Part shown: positions 17,393 through 21,246 of the stretch, piece after piece
How positions within the stretch are numbered: the stretch's first letter is position 1
Layout: each line of letters begins with the position of its first letter
Source: Candidatus Micrarchaeota archaeon
Lineage (GTDB): Archaea; Micrarchaeota; Micrarchaeia; Anstonellales; Bilamarchaeaceae
NCBI GenBank assembly: GCA_043816005.1
Contig: JBDRIM010000062.1
Location: 1-21,246 of the forward strand
DNA: 21,246 nucleotides
Reading direction: 5' to 3'
The notes under the pieces: model-generated
Told to the model about the DNA's origin: nothing
Seen by the model: only the letters and a program-made list of their open reading frames with translations
Database searches by the model: none
Position numbers and translations under genes: made by a program

Positions 17393-18278
17393 TAAAAAAA
17401 TACTTGATCCGATTAGTGATACTATTGAACTTGTTAAATCAGATTTTTTTAATATATACAAAAAAATGGCGATGCTAGAAGTAACTGCAATGTTCATTGT
17501 AATAATTGCAATTATCATTGCTATGCTGCCATTTCTTGTAGGCGTAATTAATTTTACTGCTCCGTTAGATTGGATAATAATAGCAGTAGTTATTTTGTTT
17601 GCTATAATAGTCATAGTAATAGGTGCATTCATAGCAAATATTATAGAATCAATAAAATATAATGTAGCCAGGGATAGTTATAATAAAAAAGAAACGAATA
17701 TGGTGGATAAATTCGGAGAAAATGCCTGGCCCATTATCAAATATGATGCATTTATGTTTTTGATAAGTTTTGTTTTGATGCTGCCATTCCTTGTGATTTA
17801 CTTCGTACTTATTTCTGGTGCGTATGTTGTTAGCATGGGAGCTAGCACTGATATACTAGCTAGATTAGTTGAATTGTTATTCAGAATTGTAATGACAATA
17901 GTAAGTGCTATCATATCTTTTTTCCTCCAATTTGCTATCTTTGAAATAATCATTGGAAAAAATGGTACGATTGAAAGTATCAAGAGGAGTTATCAAATAG
18001 TAAGAAATAACTTTATTGAAACTTTTATTTTTTCTCTGCTTCTGGGTGCGATAACCTCAGCAGTAGGAATAGCATTAATGATAATAATTGTTATCATTAT
18101 AGGAATTTTATTCGTAATTGGATTCCTTTTATCAACTGTGCTTAGTGGAATTGCCTTGGCACTTGTTGTAAGTATTCTTGTTATTATAGGACTTGTAATT
18201 ATTGTTGCAGTATCAGCAGTTTCTTACACAATATCAATACCATGCAGATACCAGTATTGGAAAGGAATACGCAAGTGA
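17385..18278 (+). CDS. Polytopic membrane protein (DUF975/GDPD membrane-domain-like)
   Basis: About 6 TMs. 'FEIIIGKNGTIESIKRSYQIVRNNF' matches 'LELVINKKGVIESIKASMTLAKENW' in the upstream paralog, and both end P-x-x-Y-x-[FY]-WK. Confidence 0.8.
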   Translation: MDSKKILDPISDTIELVKSDFFNIYKKMAMLEVTAMFIVIIAIIIAMLPFLVGVINFTAPLDWIIIAVVILFAIIVIVIGAFIANIIESIKYNVARDSYNKKETNMVDKFGENAWPIIKYDAFMFLISFVLMLPFLVIYFVLISGAYVVSMGASTDILARLVELLFRIVMTIVSAIISFFLQFAIFEIIIGKNGTIESIKRSYQIVRNNFIETFIFSLLLGAITSAVGIALMIIIVIIIGILFVIGFLLSTVLSGIALALVVSILVIIGLVIIVAVSAVSYTISIPCRYQYWKGIRK

Positions 18279-18430
18279 TAGTATGGCATTGATCGTCGAT
18301 ACGATCAATAATAAAAAACAAAGAGGTTTTTTATGGCATTGACCGGCAATCTGGTCATGTTATGGAACAACATTCCATGACAGTCAAGAATGCATTGCAT
18401 TCTCATCAATAATAAAAATCAGGGATTTTT

Positions 18431-19957
18431 ATGACAGAATCAAAACATATGCATTGGTCAGAATGGCTGGCTGAAAAAGTTATTCAGGAAAAAAAGGAAC
18501 CTTATTCGATCAGCGGTGGGATGACTACCTCTGGTCCGGCACATTTAGGAACTTTGTGTGAATTTCTTTTCCCTTCGGTTATCAAAAAGGCAATAGAAAA
18601 AAGAGGCAAAGAATGTAAATTTTATTTTGTAGCAGATATTCTTGATGCTTTTGATGGCGTTCCAGTAGAAATGGAAAAATATAAAACAGAACTTGAACCT
18701 CATTTGGGAAAACCACTTTGTAATGTTCCGGATCCAACTGGTCAAAGTAGAAGTTTTGGTGACCACTATCTTGATGAAGCTAGAGAGTTGATGGTAAAGT
18801 TTGAAGTTCAACCAGAGATTGTGAGAATAAATGAATATTATGAAAATGGGAAATTCGATGAATATGCTAGATTCTACCTACAACATGATAACGAGTGTAG
18901 AAAAATAATAGAAGAAACAAGTGGCAAAGAAGAGAAAAAAGATTGGTCTCCGATAATGCCAATATGCGAAAAATGCAGTAGAATCGCCACTACACGAATA
19001 ACTTCGCATGATAATGAAAGTTATGAGTATGCTTGTGATAAGGACGTAAAATACACAAAAGGCTGCGACCATCATGGCAAAAACAGCATAGCAGACCATA
19101 AATACAAGATTGTCTGGAGATTGCACTGGCCTGCATGGAAACAGATTTTTGGTACAAGTATAGAAGGTGCAGGAATAGACCACCATACCAAAGGAGGTTC
19201 TGAGGATACGTGTAAATCCATCACTCTTGGTCTTATGAAGAAGGATTACCATATCCCATATAGATATGGATTCATACTATTTCAAGGCAAGAAATACTCA
19301 AAATCAAAAGGAACAGGGATGGGAGTTAGACAGATGGTAAAACTTATCCCGGTTGATATCATAAAATACATGTTACTTAGACCAGATCTTGAGGAAAATA
19401 TAGACATAGACCCAACAAGTCAAAATTTGTTGAAAACTATAGATGATTTCCAAGAAGCGCGAAAATTAGATTTTACTAAAGTAGAAGAGATGAGCAGAGC
19501 AGATCGTAAGAGAGCAATAGCATACGAAATGAGTGCTGGAAAAGTAAAATGGAAACTATCTTTTCTTGATATATTATTATATTACCAGATTTATCACGAT
19601 TGGGAACAGGTAGGTGAACTAACAAAGGATCCGGAAGGAGTTAGTTATTTGAAAAAATATGTGGAAGAGTGGATTTCACAGGATTTCATACCTGAAGAAT
19701 ACAAATTCAAATACCAACCAAACGTTAAACCACCCAGTGAAAATGTGAAAACATTTCTGGTTGGGCTTAATGATAATATGGATCCGTTGGCACTGCATAA
19801 CGCAGTATTTGAATTTGCAAGGGCAAAGTCAATAGAACCAAAACAAATGTTTGCTGAGTTATATGATGCATTGATTGGAAAACCAAAAGGACCACGAATT
19901 GGTAAGCTTCTCAATGCACTTGGTGTTGATCGAGTAAAGAAGGATTTTGGGATGTAA
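18431..19957 (+). CDS. lysS: Lysine--tRNA ligase, class I
   Basis: MHWSEWLA, SGPAHLG (HIGH-like), CEKC zinc site, WRLHWPAWK, KYSKSKG (KMSKS-like) and KGPRIG. Confidence 0.96.
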   Translation: MTESKHMHWSEWLAEKVIQEKKEPYSISGGMTTSGPAHLGTLCEFLFPSVIKKAIEKRGKECKFYFVADILDAFDGVPVEMEKYKTELEPHLGKPLCNVPDPTGQSRSFGDHYLDEARELMVKFEVQPEIVRINEYYENGKFDEYARFYLQHDNECRKIIEETSGKEEKKDWSPIMPICEKCSRIATTRITSHDNESYEYACDKDVKYTKGCDHHGKNSIADHKYKIVWRLHWPAWKQIFGTSIEGAGIDHHTKGGSEDTCKSITLGLMKKDYHIPYRYGFILFQGKKYSKSKGTGMGVRQMVKLIPVDIIKYMLLRPDLEENIDIDPTSQNLLKTIDDFQEARKLDFTKVEEMSRADRKRAIAYEMSAGKVKWKLSFLDILLYYQIYHDWEQVGELTKDPEGVSYLKKYVEEWISQDFIPEEYKFKYQPNVKPPSENVKTFLVGLNDNMDPLALHNAVFEFARAKSIEPKQMFAELYDALIGKPKGPRIGKLLNALGVDRVKKDFGM

Positions 19958-20518
19958 ATGGTTCTTATTCTAGATTCAAAGACTGCAATGGCTATTGAAG
20001 AGGCAGTGAAAGTGTTGCAAAATGAAGGAGTAATAGTTTATCCAACTGACACACTTTACGGGATAGGTGGGGATGGAACTTCAGAAATTTCTGTTAAAAA
20101 AATCTATAAAATTAAAAAATCAAATCAAAAAAAACCGCTTTCCGTGATGATGGCAGATATGAATATGGTAAAAGAATATTGTGTGATTGAACCAGAACAG
20201 GAAAAGGAATTGTTGAAAAAATTACCTGGTCCGTACACTTTCTTACTTAATAGCAAGAAAAAAATAGCCGCAAGCAACGGGAAAAAACTCGGGATTAGAA
20301 TACCTGATGAAGGGTTCTGCCAATTTTTATGCAAAAGATTTGGTAAACCGATAGTTACAACCAGTGCAAATATAACAAAACAAAAACCTCCGACAACTAT
20401 AGAAGAGGTAGACAACAAAATCCTTAGAACAGTTGGTTTGGCTATTGATGGTGGAAAGACAAAATACCAAAGACCTTCTGAAATAATTGATTTGGTTAAT
20501 GGGAAAAAGATACGTTAG
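19958..20518 (+). CDS. tsaC: L-threonylcarbamoyladenylate synthase (YrdC/TsaC-type, without the Sua5 C-terminal domain)
   Basis: Motifs VYPTDTLYGIG, KPLSV, LPGPYT, GIRIP and TTSAN. 186 aa. Confidence 0.93.
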   Translation: MVLILDSKTAMAIEEAVKVLQNEGVIVYPTDTLYGIGGDGTSEISVKKIYKIKKSNQKKPLSVMMADMNMVKEYCVIEPEQEKELLKKLPGPYTFLLNSKKKIAASNGKKLGIRIPDEGFCQFLCKRFGKPIVTTSANITKQKPPTTIEEVDNKILRTVGLAIDGGKTKYQRPSEIIDLVNGKKIR

Positions 20519-20775
20519 ATTGAATTTTTGTAAATATTTTTTCGATGGCCCAACGAGACGATGTTGATAGTTTGAAGATTCTGGTCAATTCTAGCGATAA
20601 TACGATAATCTCCTATTCGAGTTTTATATTCATCACGTCCAACTAATCTCTCAAAAAAATGATTTGGATTGGTAATTGTTGTTTCGGGTTTTTCAACTAT
20701 CCTTCTGGCAGTTGGATTGTCAAGTTTTCGTAATTGAATGATTGTATCTTCAGAATAAATTAACTTAAATGCCAT
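20515..20775 (-). CDS. relE: Type II toxin, RelE/ParE family
   Basis: 'YKTRIGDYRIIARID...IVSLGHRKNIYK'. Confidence 0.92.
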   Translation of the reverse strand: MAFKLIYSEDTIIQLRKLDNPTARRIVEKPETTITNPNHFFERLVGRDEYKTRIGDYRIIARIDQNLQTINIVSLGHRKNIYKNSI

Positions 20776-20776
20776 A

Positions 20777-21016
20777 TCAAAGCCCTAATTTTTTCTTAAC
20801 TTCTTCAGATGAATAAGTACGCCCGTATTTTATGTCCAAAAGACCACGAAATAACGAAGCTTTGAATTCGTCTGTATATTGCCCTTCATCGTCACCAGAT
20901 GGAACAAGATCTAATAGAGCATTAAGCAAGTCGTCATAATTACCATGTAAGTATTCCTTTAATTTTGCAAGGCGCGTACGAGTATTCTGATTTATTTGTA
21001 TTGTTGTATGGACCAT
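20777..21016 (-). CDS. Cognate antitoxin (RHH-like N-terminus, acidic C-terminus)
   Basis: 'TTIQINQNTRTRLAKLK...YDDLLNALLD' and 'IKYGRTYSSEEVKKKLGL'. Lies 1 nt upstream of relE. Confidence 0.88.
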   Translation of the reverse strand: MVHTTIQINQNTRTRLAKLKEYLHGNYDDLLNALLDLVPSGDDEGQYTDEFKASLFRGLLDIKYGRTYSSEEVKKKLGL

Positions 21017-21115
21017 ATAATCACTTATATAGGTATTATATAGTAGTGTATAAAACCATTTGGAATTTTGTTAAGCACTAGAATTTAAAACAGATTGGGC
21101 TACGAATTATAACAT

Positions 21116-21246
21116 ATGCAAACGCAAGTATTGAGGCATAAATTCACAGTAGCAGATATGGACAGACTTATTGCTACCGGAAATCTCCGTGCGCTGAAAA
21201 GATTGGCAGAAACAACAACAAATATTTCGGTTCTTGCATTGTTTTT
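21116..21246 (+). CDS. Partial ORF, 5' end only (MQTQVLRHKFTVADMDRLIATGNLRALKRLAETTTNISVLALF...)
   Basis: Open from ATG 21116 to the window edge, with TTTAAAA about 30 nt upstream. Product unknown. Confidence 0.55.
   Translation, partial: MQTQVLRHKFTVADMDRLIATGNLRALKRLAETTTNISVLALF

Noticed and set aside
18282..18430. Possible mini CRISPR array
   Set aside because: Repeats are only 11-14 nt, of two different types and irregularly spaced. No cas genes are present in the window.
20515..21016. TA pair as evidence of a mobile element or defence island
   Set aside because: No integrase, transposase, att sites or terminal repeats are seen. Solitary TA pairs are common in archaea.

Overview
AT-rich archaeal chromosomal segment, most likely from a DPANN lineage such as Micrarchaeota. 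That placement is inferred from the class I LysRS, DUF357, GGTGA-type Shine-Dalgarno sites, TATA-like promoters, an unlinked 5S rRNA and a Gram-positive/archaeal-type DnaK. In order, the window holds: a degenerate KaiC/RecA-like domain with a 3-TM partner; a coiled-coil orphan; a membrane protein and ACT protein divergent from an ATP-grasp / GCS2 glutamate-cysteine-ligase-like / MscS operon; a winged-HTH regulator divergent from grpE-dnaK-(uridine phosphorylase)-(mini J-domain)-dnaJ; two unannotated tiny Lys-rich ORFs; nitroreductase-DUF357-SGNH-rsmA; a stand-alone 5S rRNA; two paralogous membrane proteins, the first apparently frameshifted at an A9 run; lysS-yrdC; and a RelE-type toxin-antitoxin pair. 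The best candidates for something new are the two-ligase + MscS operon, the Lys-rich micropeptides (one with a Cys cluster), an apparent ACG start for grpE, and a hairpin/repeat/mini-ORF leader upstream of lysS.
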